The notes under the pieces were generated by a model. It searched no databases. It was not told the origin of the DNA and saw nothing but the letters and a program-made list of their open reading frames with translations. DNA of 64,000 bases from assembly GCA_032718475.1 (NCBI GenBank), contig JAUCBJ010008313.1, positions 62,001 through 126,000 of the forward strand, read 5' to 3'. This document shows, one piece after another, positions 20,886 to 33,608 of this stretch (its first letter is position 1; every line of letters starts with the position of its first letter). A program made the translations under genes and the position numbers. Origin of the DNA: Nemertoderma westbladi. Taxonomy: Eukaryota > Animalia > Xenacoelomorpha.

Positions 20886-21136
20886 TCCCTGTTAACAACT
20901 CTCCCGAATTGTGATCTGCCGACTACGAGTTGGTTAGATCGAGTTTGTTGTTTAATTAAACCACGACTTTGTCTCAACTCAAATACCAGAGTTTCCTCGT
21001 AGTGGGTGCTGGCAAGCACGTAGAGAGTTTTTGAAGAGTATTGAAGGATTCTCAACTTCCACCAGTTGAAGTTGACCGTAATTATCCTTAATTTTGACAC
21101 CGTGTCAAAATTAACCGCATTAATTATTCTTAATTT

Positions 21137-22239
21137 TGTTGCCGTTATTCCTACACCAGGGGGAAAAACGCCGATGCTGGAGACGTGACTTAACAGACCA
21201 CCGAGCCCCGGCCAGTCACCGGATATTGATTGTGGGGAGGGAATATTTCTAAGATGCAAGTTTGCGGTTGAGAAAAGCTGCATTAGTTGGATATACTCTT
21301 TAATGTAACTTCCTATAGTTGAAAACCTGATTAAGAATAATTTTGGGCTTCCCCAAATCAATATACACCAAATATTCACAATAATTATACACGATAATAT
21401 AAATCCCTACGGTATATTATTTAATAACCCACTGTTCGCTCAGAATTTTAGCCTACCTAATGTTCCCCAGATTTTCCCTCAGTCCCAGTCTTAGTGCCGT
21501 AGTGTCGGTGTCGGTCGACCCTGTCGCGTGTCCATTCCACGTCGCAAATCCCAGTCAAGCAGTCAGCGTTCCGAGTTCTTTTCAGGCTCGTAGTAGCTGC
21601 AGTTGACCCGAGACCGCTAAGGGCAGTCCTTGTCAAACCAGTCCTGTGGCCAGCCCTTTCGCATGTCCGTCCCACCCCTCACGAACCCCGAAGGGATCGG
21701 TCATCGAGAACCAGTACGGCTTAGGTCAGGGGGCAGTCTTAAGTTGGCCACCTGTTCGCGTGTCCGCTCCACCCCTCACGAACCCCGGGGTTCGATCATC
21801 GAGAACCAGAACGGCTTGGCTACTAAGGGGCCGTTGGTGCCCGTCGCAAATCTCTGACACAAGCAGTCAGCGTTCCGAGTTCTTTTCAGTCTCGTAGTAG
21901 CTGCCGTTGGCCAGGGACCGCTAAGGGCAGTCCTTGTCCGTTAGGCCTGGCGCATTACCAAATCCACCCCTACAGGCAGCAGGAAGTTGGCCAGGGCCTA
22001 ATAGTACTCAGGCTAACCTGAATACTGCTTGCATTTTCCATCCCCCCTGGCCCTTATAACTATGAAATTATTCCCGTACCCTGTAAGTTGCCCCAAAGTT
22101 CGCCCTTAAATCGCCCCCAGTTTATTGAATGTGCCCAAAACCCATGGTCCCGCACCCAGTAGTAATATCAGAATAATCAATTTTAATAAAATACAAAAAT
22201 ATTCAACTCGCGTTATGGAAAGTTGAAATACCGCGAACA
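21137..22239 (-). repeat. 5' LTR of element D (1103 bp)
   Basis: Matches 8646-10011. Deletion at ~21540 removes most of repeat units 1-3. Confidence 0.95.
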
Positions 22240-23942
22240 GTCTCTATTGCCGGAGTGACTTCAATGACAGGCTTAATTATTTCGGGCTCATCTACTATAG
22301 TAGGGAGTCTTTCTACTCTAATAATTTGGTCTGTGGGCTCTTGATTACTTAAATCTCCATTAGCCAGTTGCCTTCTCACAGCTGGAGGCAAATTAGGCAA
22401 TTTCTGACGGTGTGGAGTTCTTCTACGTCCGTTGGAACAAGATTTATTTCCTCTACTTTCAGGATCTGTTGTATCGCCTTCATCAGAGGATGTAAATCCC
22501 TGTCTCCTGGGAGTAGATCGACTTAGCAGCTGCATCTGAGTAGCTGTTCTCTGTTTATTTAAGTAATCTTGCTTTGCTTGAAGATTTTCCAACTCTAGTT
22601 GGGTTGTCTCTTCAGATGCTCGTCTTTCTGCTTCAGCCACTGCTGCTTTTCTTTCAGATTCTGCTGCTGCCGCTGCCGCTTTTCTTTCAGATTCTGCTGC
22701 TTTCCTTTCAGATTCTGCCGCGACCGCTGCCGCTTTCCTTTCAGATTCTGCTGCGGCAGCTGACCTTCGGTCTTCTATTTGCTTTTTCTTTAGGTGCTCT
22801 TCTTGGTCCATAGCGATGAGGATGCTTTCATCAAATTTAGCCTGCTCCGCGGCTAATATTTCCGCATCTAACGAGTCCAACACAAATTTGGCTCCCTCAC
22901 TATTAGGGTGAAGTCCAGCTAGCCGTCTCCTTAACTCTTTGTCACCTATAAATCGTTGATAATACGACAGATAGATGTCAATAGCATCCTTCTTCTGAGG
23001 TTTTTCGGATGTGACTTTGCCTTCCACTTGAGAAAAGGTAGCGTCTGTTGATTCTCCATGGGTCATGCGCTCGGTTAGCTGAGCTTTCCATTGCGTCGTT
23101 CCTTGGACTTTATGACTCACCCGTTGGAACCAAGTTTTTACGGCCACTTGCAACGACGTGTCTTGGCTCCTCTTTGAGGCTTCCTCAAAGGCCGAAAGGA
23201 TTAGTCTGATCCATAAAATTCGTTCTCGTACTTGATAAAGCAGCTCTCCCTGCTCTTGAGGTCCTTGACGTTGTTGAAACAGGTGTTCCTCTAATCGCTC
23301 CAAAGAGCTGAAGAATCCCTGGACATATCCTGCTGCTGACCTCTTCAACACAGCTGGATCTCGAGTGTCCTTTACTACTCCCATCCTGTATAAGTCCTCC
23401 CAGGCAGCTTCCGATAAGTTAAATGGGAGTCCGGGTCCGGGGAAGTTCCATTGCATCTCGACAATAGACCTCAGTTCCTCCATCGTGTATCCCGCATAAC
23501 TGTCCCTGGTCGATCGCTTACTTCTCGCCCAATCAATTTGATGTTCTTCCACAGCGATCAATACTCTCGTGAGTACGGCTCCAGGAAGAATTAGAAGTGG
23601 ATCTGGATAAACCGCTTCTGCCATCATTGCTCCGATCTCGGGTGTCAACTCTACAGTGTCTAAACTGCTAGAATTATCGGGCCATTGAGAAATAATTTCT
23701 CGGTTCGGGTGTTGCTGCTGTTTAACAGCTGCCTCTTGGTCCCGCTTAACTTGAGCCCTAGTGCCTATAATAGACCTATGGTGCTTTACTAGCCTAGGGT
23801 CTGATACTACTACTGTAGGGATGACTTTTCTTACAGTAGGAGGGGACTTGGACTTCGGTCTCAGATGTTCTATACTCTTATCTGAGTCACAGACTGTTCT
23901 TTCTAGGAGACTATCTAACAGTGTTTGCTTTGTGTCAGCCAT
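22240..23942 (-). pseudogene. N-terminal gag region of element A (interrupted by D)
   Basis: Open from ATG 23942, with coiled-coil AAESERK repeats. Colinear with B gag (RRASEETTQLELENLQ...ERLPTIVDEPEII). Confidence 0.85.
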
Positions 23943-24079
23943 GATTTATTTTACAGTTGAATGCCTACTACTATAACGACAGTTAAAGCAAGTCTAGTAA
24001 TTCAGTATCAACTGTAAGCCTAGTAATTAATTACCGATACCGTTACTCAGTGTAACGTGATATATATATAATATATTAA

Positions 24080-24335
24080 AGTACCGGTATACACTTATAA
24101 TATATATATAAATATTATTATAGACTAGGATTAGTCACAGAATACCGGTATATAATTTCAGCCTAAATTTATATAAATAAATATAATAAGCCTACCGTAA
24201 ATACTGGTATACACCTATAGTATATATAAATATAAGTATTATTACAGACTAGGATTAGTCACAGAATAAAGGTATATAATTTCAGCCTAAATTTATATAA
24301 ATATATATAATAAGCCTACCGTAAATACTGGTAAT
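24080..24335. repeat. ~125-bp AT-rich tandem duplication in the 5' leader of A
   Basis: AGACTAGGATTAGTCACAGAATA...TTTCAGCCTAAATTTATATAAATA occurs at ~24122 and ~24246. Confidence 0.8.
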
Positions 24336-25847
24336 GTCAATTATTTATAATAACTGAATTTCTGAATTTTAGGGTTACTTCCCTTTTACTTATTACTGTT
24401 ATCAAGCAGTAGTCCAACTGATATTAAGACCTAATTGATGTATAACAGGCCTACTATTTTATAAATCTGATTGAGTTGATTTATAAATATATATATACCC
24501 GTACAATGGGTTTTTGACAATATTTGAAATAAATGTTATTATTTCTGGATAAGGAGTCACTACACAGAAGCTGAACGCACTCAGTGGAGTGCTACTTGTT
24601 GGACACTAATACAAATTATTCTACTTTACTAAGTTACTTATCACTACAAATTACTTACAATTACAGTTTGAGATTACAACCTCTAAATAAACAATAACAA
24701 GTTACATATACAATTTTTTTTAGGGTAATTTTACAAGAAATCTACAAACCAGCCTAACAAGGAGTTAGAATTTCTGGTTCTTACAAACTGACAGGAAACT
24801 ACGGTATTTGAAAACAATAAAGCAGTAGTAAGTAAGTTGCATTGTCCAGATAAGAAAATACCACCGTCTGACGACTTATAGTCTTAGCTCTATAAGTACT
24901 ACGTTATGTACCCGGAGTGTCCTTACCTAGAGGTTAATTACCGAAGCCAACCAGAGCTAACGTGCCTATTAACCACGTTACAACACAAATATACTGCCTC
25001 CACACTAAATTAATTTCGGAAAGCACTGTACTCTAAACCCTAAATTAGGTACAAGTACTTATACAACAAATAACCAGCAGTTAAATATACTTGAACAGCC
25101 AAAAGTACAACGGTATCTGCTGGAGTGACCGGAGCACAAAATCACCAGTCTTTACCTATGCCAAGCAGCCCTGATGTAGTACCGGGGTTAATTTAACTAT
25201 TACGGTATGTATAACAAGCACAATTACTGTAGGAATAAATTTGGGGAATTGGTGGTTGCGAATACTCGCATAGACTCTGAATAATAAATATTACGCTACC
25301 CGTGCACACTATTTAAATAAAATACAGACCAAATGCTGGCAGACTACTGTCAGGCCTAAATAAACTACGGTATATGCAGACTCCGAAATGGTTAGTTAGT
25401 AGGCGTTCTAACCGAGTAGTATGACTTATTTTTTCGGGGGGGATTTACTTTACAACACTGGATGCCCCCACCTTCCTAACTAGCACTTTATCGGACAGAC
25501 ACTCTACACATACTGCAATCGCTTCAGACCTAACAACAGGCAGACAACAATCCAGCCTACAAATTATTTATACAATCTGAGCAGGCTTACACGCCTTCTG
25601 CTCAATATTACACTTACAGATAAATAAAACTAACAGAAATAAGTAAAATCCCAACAAAAAACCAGGACTGCAATCCCTGATTAAATATCAAGACCTACCG
25701 GTATATAATTATCAAAATCGAATAATACTGCTGTACCTGTAAGTACCGGTTCGGGTAGTCTGGCAGTTAGGCCTACAGCTTACCGTACGACCAGTACATT
25801 CGACTTTATTGCCTACGGTGCAATAAAGAAACTATAAAATCTATTAT

Positions 25848-27016
25848 TGTTCGCGCTTTTAGACCTTTAGCAGTTTAACCTGCCAATTTTAGTTATCCTC
25901 TTGTTTATAAATCGACTTTAGCCTATATCGATTATTTAGTGTACTGAAGTTACATTAGCCGAAGCCAGTCTGTGCGCGATCATTCACCCACAGTTAAGGG
26001 AGACTGGATTCGGGTGCTTTGAAAGTTATTGCAATGTAGACCTACTGTATTATTTGATTGATCGTTACTATATAATCTCTGACAATATATTTACTTTCGG
26101 GGAAATATTAACAGTTCCTTTAGGACATGGCGCTTTAAGTATAAAAACAGAGTTATGACTTATACTAATCACAACTAGATGACCATAGAGTTTCGTAAAT
26201 AGCGCATTCTTTAGGAGATGCTTTATTATCTTTCACACTACTTCACACGACTTCACACTACTTCACACTACTGCACACTAATCTGCCGACCGTCACTGAA
26301 TTTTATCATATATAAGGAAGAACGCAACTGACACTTGTAGGGATTATGAAATAGCATTTAATTCACACAAAAACCACTATAATTTAAGTCGCAGTTGCTA
26401 CTGGTAACCTGTTCCTCTCACCTTCAGTAATCAAGAAGATTGGGGGTTTTATGATTATTCATCGGTATTCTCCAAATATATCAGCAATATACATCAATAT
26501 AACAACAATTAATAATAGAAGTAAAATAATGCGGTGAACAGTCAGTATGTGTTACGTAATGCATTGAGTTCAGCAATGAGTCAGTATGTCGGTGATCCAG
26601 GTCAGATTGGATTGGGTCAGATTTACGTTCTTATAATCAAAGCCATCTAATGTTTTGGCCAAAGTCTGAAACTTCCAAAACAGAAGTACAGAAGATTCCA
26701 AGCCGGTTCTGAGGCTCAGAAAAAGGTAAACAAAGACCGTAATGCATTGCGCGGTTTTCCATAGGCCTCTGTCCAACACAAAGTGAAAATCGCTCTGATT
26801 GGCTGAATAGGCAGAACAAAGAGGTTCTACGTCTACAGGAAATCAGCTGACAGATTTCGTCATCTGAGCTCCAATCTCTTCCCGTCGTTGGATACATTTA
26901 GGGCTATCTTAGAGTATTCTGCGCATTGCGGCAAAAATGACTTGTTATGTCCGCAAAAGCACCTACACTGCGCATTGCGGGAAAAATGACTTGTTATGTC
27001 CGCAAAAGATTTTACA
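25848..27016 (-). repeat. 5' LTR of element A (1169 bp)
   Basis: TGTTCGCGC...TTTACA, near-identical to 233-1372. Confidence 0.94.
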
Positions 27017-27875
27017 TGACCTGACTTCCGGATCCATGATCCCAGGTAACAGAAGTCGTCCACATGCTCAAGCATACCATCCTTTGAGCTTATGCTCATC
27101 CGATCAGAGACTTGCTGAGGACTTTCAAAGTTAACTGTCAGAATGTTGGTCTTTCTGGAGTTAATAAAAAGACCAACACTAGAAGCAGCATGTTCTAATG
27201 AGCTGAGGAGCCGTTGGGCTCCCTCTAATGATTCTGAGAGTACTCCTAAGTCATCAGCAAAGTCTAGATCAGTTAGGTACTTGGCAGGATTTCCTCGACT
27301 TCTGGAGCCAGTAGGTGGAGTTATCATCACCCCATCATCATTATGATGATCTAAGGACATGCGTAGAACATAGTCAACCACAATAATGAACAAGAATGGT
27401 GCAAGTGTGTCTCCTTGGAGGATGCCCCATAACACTTCAAATGGTTCTGTGTCACCGTCAACAGTAGACACAAATGTTGTCGAACCATCGTATACTGATC
27501 TGATTGCTGCAATAATTTCATCAGGAATCCCATATAATGAAAGTAGGCTGAACATACGTGAGTGGGAGACTGAATTCAAAGGCCTTGAAGAAGTCAACAA
27601 AGATAATAGCCAGATGCCTGTCTTTCTTTTTTGATAATTCTTCAATTATCCTCCTAAGTGCCAAAATGGGCTCCATGGTCCCACGACCTTTACGGAACCC
27701 ATTCTGATTTCCACGGAGCAGTCTCTCAATGGGATCCCTGATGCGATTTAATAGAATTCTATTGTATAGCTTTGCAGCAATCGAGATCAATGAGATTCCC
27801 CGAAAAGAACCATTGAGTGTTAGGTTGCCCTTCTTGGGAACTGGCACCAACTTATTTGTTTTCATTTCTTGGTGG
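27017..27875 (-). pseudogene. Reverse transcriptase fragment of an RTE-like non-LTR retrotransposon
   Basis: PVPKKG..FRGISLISIAAKLYNRILLNRI, QNGFRKGR, FVDFFKAF (frameshift ~27575), GILQGDTLAPFLF, LDFADD, YLGS. Confidence 0.92.
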
Positions 27876-30800
27876 ACTCGAGAACCCCAGAAAGCAGGGG
27901 AAAGTTAGTAGGACAGAGAGGCGACGGGGGTCCGTCGCAACCGATAAGTCCGCTACATCCTCTGCAAAAGCAAAAAGGGTGTTAGAGATAGATCTGGCGT
28001 GTCAATTAGACATGGTGGCGCTAGACCAGAAAGAGTTAGAGAAGCAGTTGGATGAGGGAACTGCGTTGCTAGAGAAAGAGAGAGAGTTGGCGAGGGAGTG
28101 TAGAGAGAGGGCCAAGAGAGTAGCGAGAAATTGTAGAGAACAAGAAGAGAGAGAGGTAGAGGAACGTAAGGAGCGAGAAGCGAGAGTGGAGAAGGAACGT
28201 AAGGAGCGAGAAACAAGAGTGGAGAGCGAGCGTAGAGAGCGGGTGGCGAGAGAAACAGAATTAGCGAATCAAAGTTTGCGAGAGGATAGAGAGAGAGAGA
28301 GAGCGGGAAAGCGCATGCGGGATCATATGCATGCCCGGTTGAGGGGGCTTATGCAATATCAGGCCAAACAGAAGCGCTGACTGGAACTGGCGCAGTTGGG
28401 ATTATCTGAGAGTGAGGCTGGCTCGGGTAGTGTTTACGAGGAGCCAGAGGTTATGGAAACGTTTGTTAATACCCCACTTACAGGGACCGGACGACAGACC
28501 CAAGACTGGCGGGGGTACGGGCGGGGGGGGGGGGGGGGGGTAATAACAATACGTTAGAAGTCGTTAATATTAATAGTACCGTAGCAACCCTAATCAAACT
28601 TTCATTGCAGGAAATAATATTTTGCCCAGTAACAATAATTTAAATCCGAACGATCCTAATTTAAATAATCCAAATAATTCAAATAATAATCTAGATTCGA
28701 ATATACAAAGTAATTCAAATAATTTAAATTTAAATACACAAAATAATCTAAATAATAATTTTAGTTCAAATGAACAGAATAATCCCGATTCTAATTCAAA
28801 CATACAGAATAACTTAAATAATAATCCGAATTCAGCACAAAATAATTCTAATAATTAAATAATTTAGAAAATAATATTGATAATGGTGCTATTAATATAA
28901 ACGCGGCATATATAGGTGGCCCGGCCAACGAGAGCCTGCAAGGCCACATAATTAGTACGCAGGGGGTAGCGGGGGTGAGAGACCCCGAAGGGAGCCTCGA
29001 AGGCCACGTAGTTAATACGCAGGGAGTAGCGGGGGTGAGTCGACCCGACGGGAGCCTGCCAGGCCACGCAGTGATAGAGGGAGAGGCGGGGGTGAATAGA
29101 CCCAGCCGCAGTAGAGATAGTGCGTCGACTAGAGGGGGGCGTAGAAGCGAAGCGAGAGATAGTAAAGTGGTAGGTGGCGAGTGGGGGGGGGGGGGGGGCT
29201 ACAGGAGCCCCACAACGAGAGATTAGGGGCAGACGAGAGGGGGGGGCAGAGAGTGTCCCACAGGCGTCGGCGGATAATGCGTGGGGCGAATTAGGTGAAC
29301 CGCAGCACGCGGCAACGGAGAATAGTAGTGGGATTACGAATATCCCCAGCGACGTGCGAACGGCTAGAGAGAGGGAAGTTGGCGTCGCGAGCGGGCAAGC
29401 GACGAGACGTCGAGCCCAGTCAGAAGAGGGAAGAAGAACAGTGGAGTTTAACCGGGAGGTCGACGAGAGATCTTGCGAGCGGGGACGCTACACTGCAGAG
29501 AGAAGAAGAGAAGAGAGTAGAAGAAGAGCGACAGGAGAGCGAGGACGGATAGCGAGCCGTCAGTAGTGGAGATGGAGTTAGGGAGTCAGTGGGGTCAAAC
29601 TCCGGGAGATTGCCATCGCCCCGGAGAGACGCAACCTGACGAGGTGTACTATACGCCGAGAGAGGGGTACAGGGCGTACCGGTACGAGGATGAGAATAGG
29701 AGAGGGGATCGAAGAGAAACTTCCCGACGGGATGTAGCTGCCGATCGAGGGTACGGTAGTCGCGGGGAGGACTTCTTGGATTATTCGAGAAGGTTAAACT
29801 TCGGTCCAGAGGGACACATACAGACTGCAGGACATACTGTAGGCCTTACTGCACATACTATAGGCCATGCTGGGAGAGATAGTGTAGGCGATAGGGTAGC
29901 GCGGATGACGGGATTAGACCCGGAGGTCGCGGAGTACATACCGGTAGGTAGGCCAGAAGTGGATAGGCCTATACCGGTACCAACACAGCAGTATGAGTAT
30001 AGCATGCAGGGACATAACATATATCCAGGGGAGGGGAAAGTTATTGCGGATAGGTGTATGGGCCCCAATATATTAACATCAACCCCAGTACCAAACATAC
30101 CACCGGTGGGGGGGGGGGAGGGGGGGGGGGGGCAGGGTGACATTCCCCCATTACAACATCAACAATATACTCAAACAGAAATAAGAACATCGAACCCCCT
30201 GGACGAGAACTGATCTTGCAACACGGAAATATGGAGGGGGCCATTACCCCCAATGATATATCCGACGCAACGGAAGGCAACAGACAGGACGGGCGGACCG
30301 CACCCAACGGGAGAATCTGTACAGCATCCTTCGAACCCATTGGAAGCACAGGCAATGGGAATGGCTACATTAATCGATGCACTTAAGACCAGAATCGAGC
30401 TACCACCCGTAGAACCATTTAAATTCGACGGAAGTAGGCCGGAAGAATACCTGCAATTTCGGCGCATGTACAGCAACGAGATATTAACCAAGAACCTGAC
30501 GCAGGCGGAGTGCCTAAAATATATACAGGTATATACAGGAGGCCTAGCGTACGACATCGTGAGGCAGTATCAGGGCATCGAGGGTGGCTTCACGACAGCA
30601 TGGCGGGCCCTAGACAGGGAATACGGGCACCCGGCTAAGATCATCCGGCAGACCCTGACAGGCATAACATCGGGTGGCCTACAGGATAACCCCGTTAGCA
30701 TAAAGACGTTTGCGAACAAAGTCGAGAAAGCTCTAATCGTGTTGAAGACGCCAGATGCGCCATACGAACTCAACGCATCTAATAACATCACCACGATAGC

Positions 30801-32832
30801 GCAGGCACTGCCGATCTGGCTGCGCAATAAGTGGAGAAAAATCGCTTTCTCCACCCAGGAGAAGAAGGGTGCGGAACAGGGCCTAGCGGAAATGTCCAGC
30901 TTCCTCAACTACAATGCCGAATTGAGCACAGACCCAGTCTATAGCGAGGATAGTCTGGGGAAAGGGCCAAAGACCGAATATAACAGGCCGAAACCAGAAC
31001 ACAACACGGCAAACGTATTGCCAAAGCTTAGACAATCGCTGCCATACACAGCGACGCAGGGGACTGCTAGTCCACATGTAGCCGGGGGTAGGGCCACACC
31101 ATGGGGCAGACAGGGGCAAAATAACAACACGAATAAACATAATCCCAACACGCCCAGTAGGCCGAACCCAAACAATAATAACTGTAGGCACTGTATAAGG
31201 ATGGCTATAATCCAAACAACAAATGCCAATTGCACACGAACGCACTTCATCAGACCATGAACTGCAGATATTGGCAAGCGTTGCACAAACAAGATCAAGT
31301 AGAATATGCAAGGAAGAGTGGAATCTGTCATCGATGTGTGGCGGGCGGACACAGAGCTGATCAATGCAAAGAAACACCAATTAAGTTCGGTCAAGGCAAT
31401 GGCGACAAGCACCGTAGGGGTGAAGAAGAGAGGAACGGTACTACTCGGGGTAGTACCAGTGAGGGTGATCATAGAAGGCGGTCGATCAGTAACCACGCTG
31501 ATGCTGGTCGACAGTGGAGCAGCCTTCACATTGGTCGAGAATTGGGTGGCCGAAGAGATAGGACTAAAGACGAGGCCAAGTAGGATGGCGGTAACAACCA
31601 TCTCCAGCAAAGATGAGGTCCTGGAGATGAGGACGGGACGGTGTGGGATAGCAGCGATAGCACCGGGATGCGATTATGGGGCGACCATCGACCCCATCCA
31701 GGTGATAGAATTGATAAATATCAACGCCAGGCGACCAACCAACATCGAGGTCGAACAATACAGATTCCTGGACAGCATTGATTTCTCGATACCAGAGGTG
31801 GACGTTAGGAAGGTATCCATTATAGTGGGAATGGACTGCCCGATGGCCCACGAGAGAATGCAGACGGTCTTCGGCGAAGACAGACAGCGTGATCCGATAG
31901 CAATTTTAACACCATTCAGGTGGACGCTAAGCGGCCCAATTAAAACCAAGATTCCATTTAGGATGTCGGAGACATCAGGGTGCATGTTCACAGGAACTAT
32001 AAAGGAGATGGAAGATGAAGGAGCGGAGGAGCAGCTCAGGAGACTACTCAGACAGGACTTTGAGGGACTAAAAGAAACCGGGGTCAGAACCTCGGTAGAG
32101 GATAAACAGGCGATACAAAGCGTGAAGGAGTCGATGAGATGCGACGAGGGGCGGTACACCATAGGGATGGTGTGGAAACAACCGAAATTACCGCTACCGG
32201 ATAACAAGGGAATGGTACTCACGAGGCTTCGTAAATTGAAGCAAACACTGAGGCGGAGCCCCGAGAAGGATGAGTAAATTCACAAGATGATAAGGAAGTA
32301 TGTCGAGAAAGGATGGGCCGTGGAGTTACCGGTCGACGAACCGAACACGGACAGGACCTATTACCTGCCACTTCAAGTGGCTTTAGATTCAAAGAAAGGT
32401 AAATTGCGGATGGTAGTTGACGGATCGTCTAAAACCAACGGCAAATGCCTAAATGATTCTCTGTTGGAGGGCCCAAATATCTATAACTCAGGAATTGAGG
32501 TCCTACTGAGATTTAGAAACGGGAGGCACGCCTTCACCTGCGATATTGAAGGCATGTTTAACCAAGTCCGTGTGATGGAGGAGGATAGTGACAGCCAGCG
32601 CTTCCTATGGTACAACGGCGACGAGGAACCGTCAACAATACCGATGTACAAGATGGTGGTACTGAATATGGGGGCCAAGTCGTCCTCATTCACGACGACT
32701 GTGGCTGTGAGGGATACAGTAGAGGGGAAAGAGGAGAAGTATAGCGCCAAAGCCGTTGATATGATTCGACGCGGCTTCTATGTAGACGACGGAATGGAGT
32801 CTGGAAACACGGTTAAAGAACTACTGGATATG
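27876..32832 (+). mobile_element. Truncated Bel/Pao copy E (gag-PR-RT N-half, no LTRs), same family as C
   Basis: ORFs 27817-28380, 29566-30213, 30253-31260, 31306-32277 and 32287-32847 with stops and frameshifts. LVDSGA protease and FYVDDG RT motifs. Protein colinear with 60687-63634 in the opposite orientation. Confidence 0.92.
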
Positions 32833-32949
32833 AGTAGTAGAGGATGAGGGTTCCTCACCATAGTCCTCCCTAGCTTGGGCTATGGGCTATATCTCGGAGG
32901 ACTATTCAAAATGCCAAATTCCGGAGCTAAATTACGGTGTTTAATGACC

Positions 32950-33140
32950 ATCTGTCACCATCAGTATTGATTCGCGTCATTGCCATCAACCAATCACCGA
33001 TATTCACCTACGCGTAGCCTAACCTCGCGATGCCCGCCTTACTCGACAGCTGTTACCACCCGTCAGTATTGATTCGCGTCGCTGCATCAACCAATCGTTG
33101 CATATTCATCTTCGCGTAGCCTAACCTCACGATGCATGGC
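32950..33140. repeat. Two ~100-bp direct repeats followed by (AACT/AACC)n tracts
   Basis: TCAGTATTGATTCGCGTC...CATCAACCAATC...ATATTCA...CGCGTAGCCTAACCTC at ~32961 and ~33063. Confidence 0.75.
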
Positions 33141-33608
33141 TAGCCCCCACACCACGCCACGCTATTATATTATATCGATTGCCAACTCAACGATTTACCC
33201 ACCGCTAGAGCTACTCAGCCGCTGTTACCAAACTAACTAACTAACTAACCAACCAACCAGTATGATACATGAAATTCCGCTACGCGTCACGTACACGTTC
33301 TCAAATTTCCATAGTTACTCAACCTAACCTAACCCGCAGCATCTGCGGCATATTGAAAGCCAACTAACATTATACTGCGCGTTTTTATTATAATTATTGA
33401 TTATTATTATTACGTACAACCCAATGATTCATATTCCTACTCTCGCTACCAACCAACCAACCAACCAACCTTCTCAGTTTAAGACCTGTATTATTTTTGA
33501 AAATATCTTATATATAATCTCTTGCTTTAATCACAATTAATCATTTATAATGGTTTTAGTTTAAAAGTTTTTACTTTGTTTGTTTGATTTACAATAAAAT
33601 AAATTAAA

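Larger units (their letters stand above)
8646..22239 (-). mobile_element. Bel/Pao LTR retrotransposon D, full length, nested in the gag of A
   Basis: TGT...ACA LTRs at 8646-10011 and 21137-22239, perfect TSD GTCTC (8641-8645, 22240-22244). Flanks rejoin as PAIET|PVLLEP, colinear with B gag. Confidence 0.96.
212..27016 (-). mobile_element. Bel/Pao LTR retrotransposon A (non-autonomous, internally deleted), inserted in the LINE
   Basis: Paired ~1.15-kb LTRs at 233-1372 and 25848-27016. Candidate TSD TCACC (207-211) / TGACC (27017-27021). Carries gag, RNase H and integrase remnants in Bel/Pao order. Confidence 0.9.

Noticed and set aside
24868-24900. CTGACGA followed by a stem (hammerhead-like)
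   Set aside because: No GAAA after the stem, and it lies on the antisense strand.
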